Source: an uncultured delta proteobacterium
Lineage (GTDB): Bacteria; Myxococcota; UBA727; VGSZ01
Reading direction: 5' to 3'
NCBI GenBank assembly: GCA_963775425.1
Contig: CAVZJB010000004.1
Span: forward strand, 544,001 to 608,000
DNA: 64,000 nt
Positions 1-9,731 of the stretch are shown here, in pieces. Positions within the stretch are counted from its first letter, which is position 1, and each line of letters starts with the position of its first letter. The position numbers were made by a program, and so were the translations under genes. Under the pieces are notes generated by a model. That model had not been told where the DNA came from. It saw nothing but the letters and a program-made list of their open reading frames with translations, and made no database searches.

Positions 1-3000
1 CTCCTCGTTCGTGTTCTTGAGGCGTGCAAGGTACGTGGTGCGTGGGCGCACGTTCAGCTCCTGAAGCATCTCGTAGTTGCGGTCCGACAGCTTGAGCTGC
101 GCGACCTTGGAGTCCTTCAGGTTGATGTTGCCGAAGGTGATGGCCTCGGTCGGGCAGGTCTGCGCGCACGCCGGCGTGACGGCGCCGTCGGGGAGCGCCT
201 TGCGATCCTCGCCGCGGCGCTTGGCGGCGATCTTGGCCTCTTCGATGCGCTGCGTGCAGTACGTGCACTTCTCCATGACGCCGCGGTACCGCACCGTGAC
301 GTCGGGGTTGCGCTGGAGCTTCTGCGTCATCATCCGCTCGTTGCGGTGCGGGTTCCGGTACGTGTTCCCGGTGACGGTGAAGTCGAGGTAGTTGAAGCGC
401 CGCACCTTGTAGGGGCAGTTGTTGTTGCAGTACCGCGTGCCGATGCAGCGGTTGTACGCCATGGAGTTCAACCCCTCCTCGTCATGCGTGGTGGCGCCCA
501 CCGGGCACACGGGCTCGCAGGGGGCCTCTTCACACTGCATGCAAGGCACCGGCTGGTGGCCGGATTCGGGGTTGTCGACGTCGCCGCTGAAGTAGCGATC
601 GAGCCGAATCCAGTGCATCTCGCGACCGATCATCACCTGATGCCGGCCCACGATGGCGATGTTGTTCTCCGAATGGCACGCCACGGTGCACGCGTTGCAC
701 CCGATGCAAGCCGTGAGGTCGATGACCATGCCCCACTGCTGCCCCTCGAAGATGATCTCGTTCACCGGCTGGATGGGCTTGCGCGGGTTGGTGGGGTTGG
801 TGTTCTGCGCGACCAATTCCTCGGGGATGTCGCCGTCGTGTGCGAACGCCGGGTTCTCCTGGTAGATCTTGAGCGAGGCCTTCTTGTAGTCCGGCCGGTG
901 GCGATGGGTCTTGTTGAAGGGGTCCATCTTGCCGTCGACGGCCTGGAGGACGCGCCCGGCGCCCGTGGCCGCCGACATCTCCGCGAAGGAGATCTCCCGG
1001 AAGGGGTTGGACGGCATGGCGAAGTGATCCTGCGTGGAGCAGAGATCACGCGTGCCGCCCGGGATGCTGAGCTTCACGCCCTCGATGACGGTGCTCGCGT
1101 CCTGCATCAACACGTGCGCGTCGATGCCGCTCTTCCAGTCGACGTCGGCGCCGCCCTCGTCGAGCACCGACACCGGGCCGCGCATGCCGCCCATGGCCGT
1201 CTCGCCGAAGGTCTTTCCGTAGCCGCGGTGGATGGCGATGGTGTACGGCGCGTAGCCGGGGAGCACGAAGACGGGGCCGCGCAGCGTGGCGCCGCCGACG
1301 CTGAGGTCGACGAGGTCGGCGCGGTATGCGTTCTTGTGCACCTTGCTCTTGATGCCGAGGTCCTTCGCCAGGCCCGGCCCCATGATGACGGCGTTGTCCC
1401 AGCACAGCTTGGTCATCGAGTCGGGCAGCTCTTGCGTCCAGGTGACATCGGCGAGCCGTCCGTCGAGCAGGCAGCCGTGGAGCACCACGAGCTCGAGCGC
1501 GTCCTTGGACGGCGCGGCGCCCTTGAGCGCTGCCACCGCCGCCTGGATGTCCGCGGTCTTGGGCGCAGCGGCGCCGACGGGGTACGCGGTGGCGGGGATG
1601 ATCCCGTCGACGAGCGAGCGGCGCCAGGCCTTCTCGTTTGCGAGCGAGCCGCCGGCGCCGCGCCAGGTGGCCTGCACCAGCTTGCGGTCGTTCGCGGCGT
1701 CGGAGGCCGGGTCAGCGCCGAAGACCTGCGCGAGGATCTGCGCGTGGGTGCGCGCGCCGAAGAGCGGGACCACCAGCGGCTGCACGATGGCCGCCGTGCC
1801 GTCCCAGGCGCGCGCGTCGGCCCAGGCCTCGAGGAAGTGCGCGAGCGGCACGTGCCACTGCGCATGCTTGTCGCCGGTCTCCTCGGGGAGGACGCCGGCG
1901 TGGATGACGGTCTTGGCCTTGCCGAGCGCGTCGTTGATCTTGAGCGCGCCGGGCGCGGTGTAGGACGGGTTGGCCTCGAGGACGACGAGGGTGTCGACCT
2001 GCCCGGCGTTGAGCGCGTCCGCGAGCGCCTTGAGCGACTCGCCCGTGGTCACCATGGGCTTGGCGTCCGGGATGGTGCTCACGAGCATCGACCCGGCGTC
2101 GACGGCGCCGACGGCGACGTTCACGGCGTGCGCGAGCGCGTGGGCCGCCGGCGGCTGCCGCTCACCCACGAGGACGAGGCCCTTGTTCTTGGCGAGGTCG
2201 GCGGCGACCGCGACCACGAACTTCTCCGCGCCCTCGGGCGCCTTCTGCGACGCGTCGCCCAGCGCACCGAGCGCGACGCCGTGCTTGCTCGCCAGCTCGG
2301 CGGCGATGGCGCGCAGGAACGCCGGCCCGTGGGCCGAGGCGAGGCGGAGGCGGTTGTCGGCGGAGGCACCCGTCGGCGTGAACACGCCCTCCACGGCGTA
2401 CAGCCGCGACATCTTGGCGGCCTCGGAGCCGTTCAGGATCTTTCTGCCCTTGGACCACTTGCGCGCGTTCTTCAGGTGGTCGGGACCCTCGTTCAGGAAG
2501 TCCGCGTCGAGCGCGAGCACGACCTTGGCCTTCTCGAGGTCGTAGTGGACGCGCGCGCCGGGACCGAACGCGATCTCGGCGCCCTTCTTGGTGTTGTCGG
2601 GCGACAGCGGGTCCCAGCGATAGACCTTGGCGTTGGGGAGCTTGGCGAGCCCGGCGTCGAGCACGCGCTGGGTGGTGGGGGCCTCTTCGTCCTCGAGCAG
2701 GATGGCGAGGCCCTGCCCGCCGTTCCCGGCGAGCTTCGCGAACTGGGTCTTGGCGAACGCGTCCCAGTCCGCCCAGGCCACTTCCTTGCCCGCGTTCTTG
2801 GGGCTGCGCGCGCGATCGGGGTTGTAGAGCTTGAGCACCTCGGTCTGCGCCCAGACGTCGGCGGCGCCGAGGGACCCCGGGTGCGCCGGGTTGCCCTCGA
2901 TCTTGGTGGGCCGCCCCTCGTGCGCCTCGACGACGAGGCCGACGCCGCCCTCGGAGCGCGGCTGCACGGTGGCGTAGTAGTTGGGGATGCCCGGGATGAT

Positions 3001-3258
3001 CTCCTCGGGCTGGTGCGCGTACGGCAGGATCTCTTCTTCGGGCCTGCGGAAGCACGCGGTGAGCCCGCTCATCGCGAGGGACGCGCCGGCGAGCTTCAGC
3101 ATCGTGCGCCGCTGCATGGCGGTGAGCGGCGCGGTACCGGAGGGGAGCTCCACGTCGTACTTGTCGACGACGGAGGCGTCGTGCGCCTTGTCCTCGAGCG
3201 AACGCCAGTGGGTCGCTTCGGTAGCGCGGAGAACGGGTCCGTAGGGATCGCGCTTCAT
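1..3258 (-). CDS. actB: Alternative complex III subunit ActB (molybdopterin-oxidoreductase-like plus 4Fe-4S domain); runs off the left edge
   Basis: Not in the ORF track. Manual translation from ATG 3258 gives MKRDPYGP..HWRSLED..MQRRTMLKL (Tat-like), EGRPTKIEGNPAHP, then the Fe-S motifs CIGCNACTVACHSENN, CMQCEEAPCEPVC, YNRCIGTRYCNNNCPYKVRRFN and EKCTYCTQRI. Lies directly downstream of actA. Confidence 0.92.
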   Translation of the reverse strand, partial: MKRDPYGPVLRATEATHWRSLEDKAHDASVVDKYDVELPSGTAPLTAMQRRTMLKLAGASLAMSGLTACFRRPEEEILPYAHQPEEIIPGIPNYYATVQPRSEGGVGLVVEAHEGRPTKIEGNPAHPGSLGAADVWAQTEVLKLYNPDRARSPKNAGKEVAWADWDAFAKTQFAKLAGNGGQGLAILLEDEEAPTTQRVLDAGLAKLPNAKVYRWDPLSPDNTKKGAEIAFGPGARVHYDLEKAKVVLALDADFLNEGPDHLKNARKWSKGRKILNGSEAAKMSRLYAVEGVFTPTGASADNRLRLASAHGPAFLRAIAAELASKHGVALGALGDASQKAPEGAEKFVVAVAADLAKNKGLVLVGERQPPAAHALAHAVNVAVGAVDAGSMLVSTIPDAKPMVTTGESLKALADALNAGQVDTLVVLEANPSYTAPGALKINDALGKAKTVIHAGVLPEETGDKHAQWHVPLAHFLEAWADARAWDGTAAIVQPLVVPLFGARTHAQILAQVFGADPASDAANDRKLVQATWRGAGGSLANEKAWRRSLVDGIIPATAYPVGAAAPKTADIQAAVAALKGAAPSKDALELVVLHGCLLDGRLADVTWTQELPDSMTKLCWDNAVIMGPGLAKDLGIKSKVHKNAYRADLVDLSVGGATLRGPVFVLPGYAPYTIAIHRGYGKTFGETAMGGMRGPVSVLDEGGADVDWKSGIDAHVLMQDASTVIEGVKLSIPGGTRDLCSTQDHFAMPSNPFREISFAEMSAATGAGRVLQAVDGKMDPFNKTHRHRPDYKKASLKIYQENPAFAHDGDIPEELVAQNTNPTNPRKPIQPVNEIIFEGQQWGMVIDLTACIGCNACTVACHSENNIAIVGRHQVMIGREMHWIRLDRYFSGDVDNPESGHQPVPCMQCEEAPCEPVCPVGATTHDEEGLNSMAYNRCIGTRYCNNNCPYKVRRFNYLDFTVTGNTYRNPHRNERMMTQKLQRNPDVTVRYRGVMEKCTYCTQRIEEAKIAAKRRGEDRKALPDGAVTPACAQTCPTEAITFGNINLKDSKVAQLKLSDRNYEMLQELNVRPRTTYLARLKNTNEE

Positions 3259-3271
3259 GAGATTTCCTCGC

Positions 3272-3994
3272 TCAGCGGTGGCAGCCGTTGCAGCCGGCGT
3301 AGGCGTGGGTGGTGAAGGAGCCGTCGGGGTTCTGCACGAACACGCCGGTCTGGCGTCCCGGGGGGGCGAGGGTGGCGGCGATGGCGCGCTGGCGATCGGG
3401 CCAGCCGAGCGGCGGCTCCCAGCCCATCTTGGTCATGTCCTCGACGGGGCGGAGGTTGGGCGCGGGGTCGTTGTGGCAGGCGAGGCACCACGACATCGAC
3501 AGCGGCTGCTGCTGCGCCACGCGGTCCATGGTGTCGATGCGGCCGTGGCAGGTCTCGCAGCCGATGGCCGCGCGATTGTCACCGACGCCGACGCCCACGT
3601 GCGCGCTGTGGTTGAAGTACACGTAGTCCGGCACCTTGTGGATGCGCAGCCACGGGATGGAGGTGTTGTTCTTCCAGCTCTCGCGCACGGGCTCGAGCAG
3701 CGGCGAGTCCTTCCGCGCCGTGCGGTGGCAGTTCATGCACACCTGCGTGGGCGGGACGCCGGCGGCCGGGCTGCGCTCCACGTTGTAGTGGCAGTAGCGG
3801 CAGTCCATCTCCAGGTCACCCGCGTGCAGCCGATGGCTGTACGGGACCGGCTGCACCGGCTGGTAGCCGACGTCGGTGTGTTTCGGCGACGCCCAGTACC
3901 AGACGGCAAAGACGACGAAACACACGCCGACAGTGCCGAACACGGTGCCGTAGAGGGGGATGGCGTTCGTCCAGCGGGGAAATATCTGGGCCAT
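3272..3994 (-). CDS. actA: Alternative complex III pentaheme cytochrome c subunit ActA
   Basis: MAQIFPRWTN start, N-terminal TM helix, GYQPVQPVPYSHRLHAG, five CxxCH motifs (CRYCH, CMNCH, CETCH, CLACH, CNGCH), PDYVYFNHSAHV. Confidence 0.92.
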   Translation of the reverse strand: MAQIFPRWTNAIPLYGTVFGTVGVCFVVFAVWYWASPKHTDVGYQPVQPVPYSHRLHAGDLEMDCRYCHYNVERSPAAGVPPTQVCMNCHRTARKDSPLLEPVRESWKNNTSIPWLRIHKVPDYVYFNHSAHVGVGVGDNRAAIGCETCHGRIDTMDRVAQQQPLSMSWCLACHNDPAPNLRPVEDMTKMGWEPPLGWPDRQRAIAATLAPPGRQTGVFVQNPDGSFTTHAYAGCNGCHR

Positions 3995-4098
3995 GCTGTG
4001 CGTCCTCTGCTGCGGCGCGCGGTAGCACACGGATGCGCAGCGTCACAAGGACGAAACTGTGCGCGCGTGCCCTGACGCCATCGTCGACGATGTGCGCC

Positions 4099-4115
4099 CG
4101 CGGCAAACTGCCGCA
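4099..4115. promoter_or_regulatory. Candidate RegA/PrrA-family binding box upstream of actA
   Basis: CGCGGC-AAACT-GCCGCA matches the GCGRC-N5-GYCGC RegR/PrrA consensus; about 105 bp upstream of actA. Confidence 0.5.
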
Positions 4116-4124
4116 ACTGCGGCG

Positions 4125-4760
4125 TTATGGGCGTGGACCGGACTTCGCGAGGAGGCGCGCGGCGTTGATCAGGTTTCCGCGCGCGAGCTCGTCGGCGTCC
4201 CAGAAGCCGCGCACGTCGCCGTTTTGATCGACGAGCGCGAGCTTGCGTGAGTGACGGATCTTTCCCTTGTCGTCGGGGGCGTCGCCCATCTCGACCTTGA
4301 AGCGGTTCACGAGCAGATCGCGCACGCGCACGGGATCACCGGTGAGGAGCTTCCACCGCCCGCGCGGCACGGCGCGCCTGGTGGCTTCGGCGGCGAGCAC
4401 TTCCGGCGTGTCGCGCGTGGGATCCACCGTGAACGACACGAGCGCGATGGGCGCGACGCCGGCCTTGCCCGCGAGGTCCTCGACGTGGCGCAGGATCTTT
4501 CCCGCCGTGGCGTCCTCGTCGGCGCACGCGCCGGGGCATCGCGTGAAGAAGAAGCTCGCCACCCACACCTTGCCCTTGAGGTCGACGCTGCCGAACGGCT
4601 TGCCGCTCTCGTCGACGAGCTCCCAGTTGCCGAGGCTGCCGATGGGCGGCGGCGCGCGCAGGAACTGCTTCTGGCAGAAGGGGAGGACGGTGAGGCACAC
4701 CGCGCCGGCGACGAACGCCGCGGCGAACGGATAGCGAAAGACGACTTCCTTGAGCGTCAC
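4125..4760 (-). CDS. SCO1/SenC-family copper chaperone
   Basis: GTG start overlapping the ctaB stop; LKGKVWVASFFFTRCPGAC (CxxxC), SFTVDPTRDTPE, distal His in IRHSRKLALVD. Confidence 0.88.
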   Translation of the reverse strand: MTLKEVVFRYPFAAAFVAGAVCLTVLPFCQKQFLRAPPPIGSLGNWELVDESGKPFGSVDLKGKVWVASFFFTRCPGACADEDATAGKILRHVEDLAGKAGVAPIALVSFTVDPTRDTPEVLAAEATRRAVPRGRWKLLTGDPVRVRDLLVNRFKVEMGDAPDDKGKIRHSRKLALVDQNGDVRGFWDADELARGNLINAARLLAKSGPRP

Positions 4761-5692
4761 CACACCCGCCGCAGGACGGCGTCCACCGCGAGCGCGCCGA
4801 ACAAGGCCGTCTGGTACACGAGCGACGCGAAGAACACCCGCCGCGCCCCCGCCGACGCCGGCGTGCCGCGCGCGAACGCGGGGAGCGCGCGCGCCGACAG
4901 GAGCACGAACCACGCGCCGGCCACGGTGGCGACGACGGCGGTGACCGGGCCGCCGACGTGAAGCGGCACGAGCAGGACGCCGCACACCGCGAGGAGGAGC
5001 GCGCTGCCCGCGAGGAGCACCTGCGACGCCGACAGCCCCCACACCGACGGCGCCACCTTGTGGCCCGCCGACGCGTACTCGCGCTCGCGATAGATGGCGA
5101 TGGCGAGGAAGTGTGGCACCTGCCAGAGAAAGACCCAGAAGAACAGCGCCGTGCCGACGACGTCGAAGCGGCCGGTGACGGCGGTGCTGCCCATGAGCGC
5201 GGGCATGGCGCCGGGCACCGCGCCCACGATGAGCGCCCACGGGCTCGTGCGCTTCATCGGCGTGTAGACGAGGACGTAGATGAACAGCGAAAAGAGGGTG
5301 AGCGCGGTGCTCAAGGGGCCGGCGTGGACGGCGAGCAGCGGCAGCGCGCCGAAGGAGAGGCCGCCGCCCACCACGAGCGCCCACGCGCCCGACAGCCGGC
5401 CCGCGGGCAACGGCCGCGCGGCGGTGCGCTTCATGAGGGCGTCCACGTCGCGCTCGACCCACATGTTGAGCGCGCCGGCGCCGGCGACCGCCATGGCGAT
5501 GCCGAGCAACGACAACAGCGCGTCGACCACGCCGATGGAGCCCGGCGCGAGCAGCATCGCGCCGGCGCCGACGATGAGCGCCATGGTGGTGATGCCCGGC
5601 TTGGTGAGCGCGACGACGTCACGGCCCGTGGCAAGGAGGGATCGCGGGAGCGCGGCGAGGGTGGGGAGAGGCGCGTCGACCGTGTCGGCCAT
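4757..5692 (-). CDS. ctaB: Protoheme IX farnesyltransferase (heme o synthase)
   Basis: LTKPGI, ALNMWVERDVDALMKRTAARPLPAG, YTPMKR, GAVPGAMP, WQVPHF; multi-TM. Confidence 0.93.
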   Translation of the reverse strand: MADTVDAPLPTLAALPRSLLATGRDVVALTKPGITTMALIVGAGAMLLAPGSIGVVDALLSLLGIAMAVAGAGALNMWVERDVDALMKRTAARPLPAGRLSGAWALVVGGGLSFGALPLLAVHAGPLSTALTLFSLFIYVLVYTPMKRTSPWALIVGAVPGAMPALMGSTAVTGRFDVVGTALFFWVFLWQVPHFLAIAIYREREYASAGHKVAPSVWGLSASQVLLAGSALLLAVCGVLLVPLHVGGPVTAVVATVAGAWFVLLSARALPAFARGTPASAGARRVFFASLVYQTALFGALAVDAVLRRVW

Positions 5693-5823
5693 CGGCGCAG
5701 GCTATCCGTCTCGGCTCATCCGTCAACCAGATGAGCACGAGCGCGCGTGTGCGAAACGTCAGGCGCGCTCTCCCGGCCTCTCGGCCGAGTCGCGGAGCGC
5801 GTCGCGCGCTCGATAATTGCCAC

Positions 5824-7026
5824 GTGCCTTGGCCGTCTCGAGCCCACGCCGCCGCGACCTGCGCGATCGCCTGCTTCACGGCGTGCGCGCCGGCCGCTGA
5901 GCCGTGCCACGACGGATCGGACTGCTCGGACGAAGCGCGCTGCGAAGCCGGCGTCTGCGTCGTCGGCTCCGGCGACGTCGCCCCCGCGCCGGGGCCGCCC
6001 GTGGCGCCGCCGACGGCGCCCGCGTTCGAGCACTCCCGCGCGATCGTGATCCCCGCCGGGCGCGTCTCCGACAAGCTGTTCGGCTTCCCCGTTGTCGTCG
6101 CGGTGAAGAGCGACAACCTGCGATCGTTGGCCGCCGGCGGCCAGGTGCGCGGGCCGGGCGACATCGCGTTCGTCCAGGGAGATCAGCTCCTGTACGCGGA
6201 CATCGAGGAGTGGGACGGTGACGCGGGCCACCTCACCGCCTGGGTACAACTGCCCGTGTTGGCGAGCGCCACCGACACCGCGTTCGCGCTCGTCTGGGGC
6301 CTCGACGCCGACGTCGACAGCCGGCCGAACGCGGTGTGGCTCGGCAAGTACTTCGCCGTGTGGCACCTCGGCGAGGACCCCGACGACGACGACTTCGTCG
6401 ACGCCACGGGGCGCGGGAACGACGGGGCGTCCGAAGGCCTCCACCACCGAAACAGGGTGGGCGGCGTCGCCGGCCACGCCGTCGAGATCGACGACACCGA
6501 CGAAGCGGTCGTGATCGACTCCGAGGATCTCAACCGCGCAGGCAGCACCACCGTCGAGGCGTGGGTGCGCGTCGACACGCTGGATTCGGTGATGCGCGTG
6601 TTCCACCGCGGCGGCCGGTTCGACAACATCCTCGACCTCCTCGTGATGCGCGGCGTGCAAGCGGCGCGGGTGGCCGGCGCGTTCAGCGTCGGCGCGGCGG
6701 GGACGGTGCCCTCGACGCTGGACGTCCCGACGTTCGAGCTCGGCACGTGGCACCAGTTGGTGGGCGTATTCGACGAGGCCAGCGAGAACGCCGCCCTCTA
6801 CGTCGACGGAAAGGCCCGGGCGACGAGCGTGCTGCGCGCGTCGTCCGTGGCTCCCTCGACGATCAGCACCATCGGCAACAGCCCGGCGGACGACGGCTAC
6901 GACGAGGTCGACAGCGTCGTCGACGAGGTGCGCGTGGGGCAGGTCGCGCTCCCGCCGGCCTGGATCGCCGCGTCGTACGCGAACGTCAGCGATCCCGGCT
7001 TCCTCGTGCTCGGACCCAATCCGTAG
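5824..7026 (+). CDS. Lipoprotein with DUF2341-like and LamG/concanavalin-like domains
   Basis: Lipobox-like Cys and Cys-rich repeat; GDIAF..LYADIEEWD..AWVQLP (DUF2341-like); AVWHL, TVEAWV, WHQLVGVFD, LYVDG, DEVRV..WIAASYAN (LamG-like). Start chosen at GTG 5824; the ORF track starts at 5731. Confidence 0.7.
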   Translation: MPWPSRAHAAATCAIACFTACAPAAEPCHDGSDCSDEARCEAGVCVVGSGDVAPAPGPPVAPPTAPAFEHSRAIVIPAGRVSDKLFGFPVVVAVKSDNLRSLAAGGQVRGPGDIAFVQGDQLLYADIEEWDGDAGHLTAWVQLPVLASATDTAFALVWGLDADVDSRPNAVWLGKYFAVWHLGEDPDDDDFVDATGRGNDGASEGLHHRNRVGGVAGHAVEIDDTDEAVVIDSEDLNRAGSTTVEAWVRVDTLDSVMRVFHRGGRFDNILDLLVMRGVQAARVAGAFSVGAAGTVPSTLDVPTFELGTWHQLVGVFDEASENAALYVDGKARATSVLRASSVAPSTISTIGNSPADDGYDEVDSVVDEVRVGQVALPPAWIAASYANVSDPGFLVLGPNP

Positions 7027-7052
7027 CGGCGGTTTGTGTCAGGATGCGCCTC

Positions 7053-8000
7053 ATGCGCACGCTGTATCCCCCTGTGGAGCCGTTCGACACGTTTCGCCTC
7101 CGCGTCTCTCCCGTTCACGAGCTCCATGTCGAGCAGTGCGGCAACGCCGACGGCCCGGCGGTCGTGTTCTTTCACGGCGGCCCCGGCGGCGGCATCGACC
7201 CGATGCACCGTCGCTACTTCGACGCGTCCAAGTACCGCATCGTCCTGTTCGATCAGCGCGGCGCGGGGCGCAGCACGCCGCACGCGTGCCTCGACGAAAA
7301 CACCACCTGGGACCTCATCGCGGACGCCGAGAAGATCCGCGAGAAGCTCGGCATCGCCGCGTGGCACGTGTTCGGTGGCTCCTGGGGATCGACGCTGTCC
7401 CTCGCGTACGCGGTGACGCACCCGGACCGCACGAGGAGCCTCACGCTGCGCGGGGTGTTTCTCCTTCGCGAAGCCGAGATCCGCTGGTTCTACCAGGACG
7501 GCGCGTCGTGGATCTTTCCGGAGGCGTGGGAGCGCTACGTCGAGCACATCCCCGTCGAGGAGCGCGGCGATCTGCTGGCCGCGTACCACCAGCGCCTCAC
7601 GAGCGGCGATCCCGCCCTCGAGGCGGCGAGCGCGCGGGCGTGGAGCGTCTGGGAAGGGTCGACGTCGAAGCTCATCCCCGACGACGGCCTCATCGCCCGC
7701 TGCGCCAGCGACATGTTCGCGCGGCAGCTCTCGCGCATCGAGGCGCACTACTTCGTGAACAAGGGCTTCTTCGAGAAGGACGGCTGGCTGCTCGAGCAGA
7801 CGAGGAAGCTGAAGACGCCCGCGGTGATCGTGCAGGGGCGCTACGACGTCGTGTGCCCGGCGCGCAGCGCGTGGGACCTCAAGCGCGCGATGCCGCACGC
7901 GGAGCTGCGCATCATCCCCGACGCCGGCCACGCCTCGAGCGAGCTCGGCATCATCGACGCGCTGATCCAGGCCACCGACAAGTTCGCGGCGCTGCCGTGA
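7053..8000 (+). CDS. pip: Proline iminopeptidase
   Basis: LYPPVEP, HGGPGGG, FDQRGAGRSTPHA, GGSWGS nucleophile motif, QGRYDVVCP, AGH. Confidence 0.95.
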   Translation: MRTLYPPVEPFDTFRLRVSPVHELHVEQCGNADGPAVVFFHGGPGGGIDPMHRRYFDASKYRIVLFDQRGAGRSTPHACLDENTTWDLIADAEKIREKLGIAAWHVFGGSWGSTLSLAYAVTHPDRTRSLTLRGVFLLREAEIRWFYQDGASWIFPEAWERYVEHIPVEERGDLLAAYHQRLTSGDPALEAASARAWSVWEGSTSKLIPDDGLIARCASDMFARQLSRIEAHYFVNKGFFEKDGWLLEQTRKLKTPAVIVQGRYDVVCPARSAWDLKRAMPHAELRIIPDAGHASSELGIIDALIQATDKFAALP

Positions 8001-8389
8001 ACCGCACCGCGCTCGTCGCCGCCCTCGCGGCCGCCCTCCTCATCGCGGGCATCGGCTTCTGGCTCACCCTTCGCCCGGCCACGCACGCGCCGCGCATCCT
8101 CGACGCCGGCCCGCCCGAGGCCGCGCTCGCCCGCGCCCGCGCGCAGCTCAAGCTCGGCACGCCCAAGGGCCCGCGGCTGCGTCGCCTGGCGCCGGCGCCG
8201 GGACGGCCCCCGGGCCAGGACGCGCCCGACCCCGTGAAGCTGTCGTGGCTGCGCAAGGCGTGCCCGAAGATCCCCTGCCGCAGCGACGTCGAGACCCTGG
8301 AGTCTCGCCGAGCGCGCACCGGCGACGACGACGGGCTGCACACCGCGCTGCAGGCGTGCTTCCACGTCTGCCTCAACTCCGCACGCTAG
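7997..8389 (+). CDS. Hypothetical membrane-anchored protein with four Cys
   Basis: GTG overlaps the pip stop (GTGA); N-terminal TM; CPKIPC...ACFHVC. Confidence 0.55.
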   Translation: MNRTALVAALAAALLIAGIGFWLTLRPATHAPRILDAGPPEAALARARAQLKLGTPKGPRLRRLAPAPGRPPGQDAPDPVKLSWLRKACPKIPCRSDVETLESRRARTGDDDGLHTALQACFHVCLNSAR

Positions 8390-9632
8390 CGGCGAGCAGA
8401 CGGCTCGCGACGCCGTCCCAGCTCCAACGCGTGAGCGTCGCCCGGCGTGAAGCGTCGCGCAGCGTGGCGCGATCGGCAGCGTCGAGGCCGAGGACACGCG
8501 CGAGACAATCGCGGAGCGCGGCGACGTCACCGGTAGGGAAGCTCACGAGCTCCTTCAAGCGCGGCGGCAGCTCCGCCTCGAGGCCGGCCGCGATCTCGGC
8601 GAGGCCGGAGTGGCGGGCGACGACGGGCGGGCAGCCGGCGGCGGCGGCTTCGGCGGCGACCATCCCGAAGGCCTCGGGGAAGATCGACGGGACGACGCAG
8701 ACGTCGGCAAGCGCGAGGAGGTGTCGCAGGTGGCGGTGCTCGAGCGCGCCGGTGAACAGCGCGCGCCGGCCGCGCGCCTGCTCCTCGAGGGCGGCGCGCG
8801 CGTCGCCGAAGCCGACGATGACCGCGCGGGCGTCGAGGCCGGCGAGCGCGTCGAGGAGGACGTGCACGCCCTTTTGGCGCATGAGCTTGCCGAAGTAGAC
8901 GACGAGCGGCGCGTCGTTCGGCTCGAGGAAGGCGCGAAGGCGCGCGGCGTTTTCCTCGTCGGGCAGGCGCTCCTCGCGGTTGCCGGGGTTTTCGGGGTCG
9001 CGCGCGGCCTCGTCGAGGAGCGCCGCCAGCGCCTCCTCCCGCGGGGCGGGCGCCCAGGCGTCGACGTCGACGCCCGGGGGGACCTCGTGGACCTTGGCTG
9101 CGTCGACGGGGCCGCAGACGTCGTCGAGGACGCCGCGGATGTGGGCGGAGCCGACGAAGACCGCGCTGGCCTTGTCGAGGCACTCGTGTCCCCAGGCGGC
9201 GAGCGCCGGCGTGTGGCGCATGGAGTACTCGAGCTCGGAGCCGTGCGCCTTGACGGCGAAGCGCGCGCCGGTGGCCACGCCGACGGGGCCGCCGAGGAGG
9301 ACGTGGTTGGTGAAGACCAGGTCGGCAGGGAGGTGTGCGCGGAGGGCGGCGGCGTTTCTCTCCACCCACGCGTCCAGGTCTGCGCGGGAGCAGTCCTGCA
9401 CGAGCCTGACGTCGTAGCCGGCGTAGCGGTCGAGGACGAACACGGGCAGGAGGCCGTGGACGTCGGGGCGAACGACGGAGGCGCCCCCGACGTCGAAGTC
9501 CTCCGGGTGCGGCTCCTGGCAGAACACGGTGACGTCGTGGCCCGCGCGCTTCCAGGCGCGCGCGAGCATGCGCGTGTAGACGTTCGACCCCGTGCCGCCG
9601 AGCAGATAGCCGTGCCACAGGAGGATCTTCAC
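8373..9632 (-). CDS. Glycosyltransferase family 4 (GT-B)
   Basis: GYLLGGTGSNVY, GKLMRQKGV, VVPSIFPEAFGMVAAEAAAAG. Confidence 0.9.
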   Translation of the reverse strand: MKILLWHGYLLGGTGSNVYTRMLARAWKRAGHDVTVFCQEPHPEDFDVGGASVVRPDVHGLLPVFVLDRYAGYDVRLVQDCSRADLDAWVERNAAALRAHLPADLVFTNHVLLGGPVGVATGARFAVKAHGSELEYSMRHTPALAAWGHECLDKASAVFVGSAHIRGVLDDVCGPVDAAKVHEVPPGVDVDAWAPAPREEALAALLDEAARDPENPGNREERLPDEENAARLRAFLEPNDAPLVVYFGKLMRQKGVHVLLDALAGLDARAVIVGFGDARAALEEQARGRRALFTGALEHRHLRHLLALADVCVVPSIFPEAFGMVAAEAAAAGCPPVVARHSGLAEIAAGLEAELPPRLKELVSFPTGDVAALRDCLARVLGLDAADRATLRDASRRATLTRWSWDGVASRLLAASVRS

Positions 9633-9731
9633 GGCGCCGACCCTCCTGCGGACGACGCCGGCGGCGACGCGGCGAGGGCCAACGCGGCGGGGAGCGGGCC
9701 GACCATGAGCGGAGGATACCGCCCCGGCGCC

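Noticed and set aside
346-3315. 989-aa plus-strand ORF
   Set aside because: Antisense shadow of actB, which has clear Fe-S motifs; typical of high-GC codon bias
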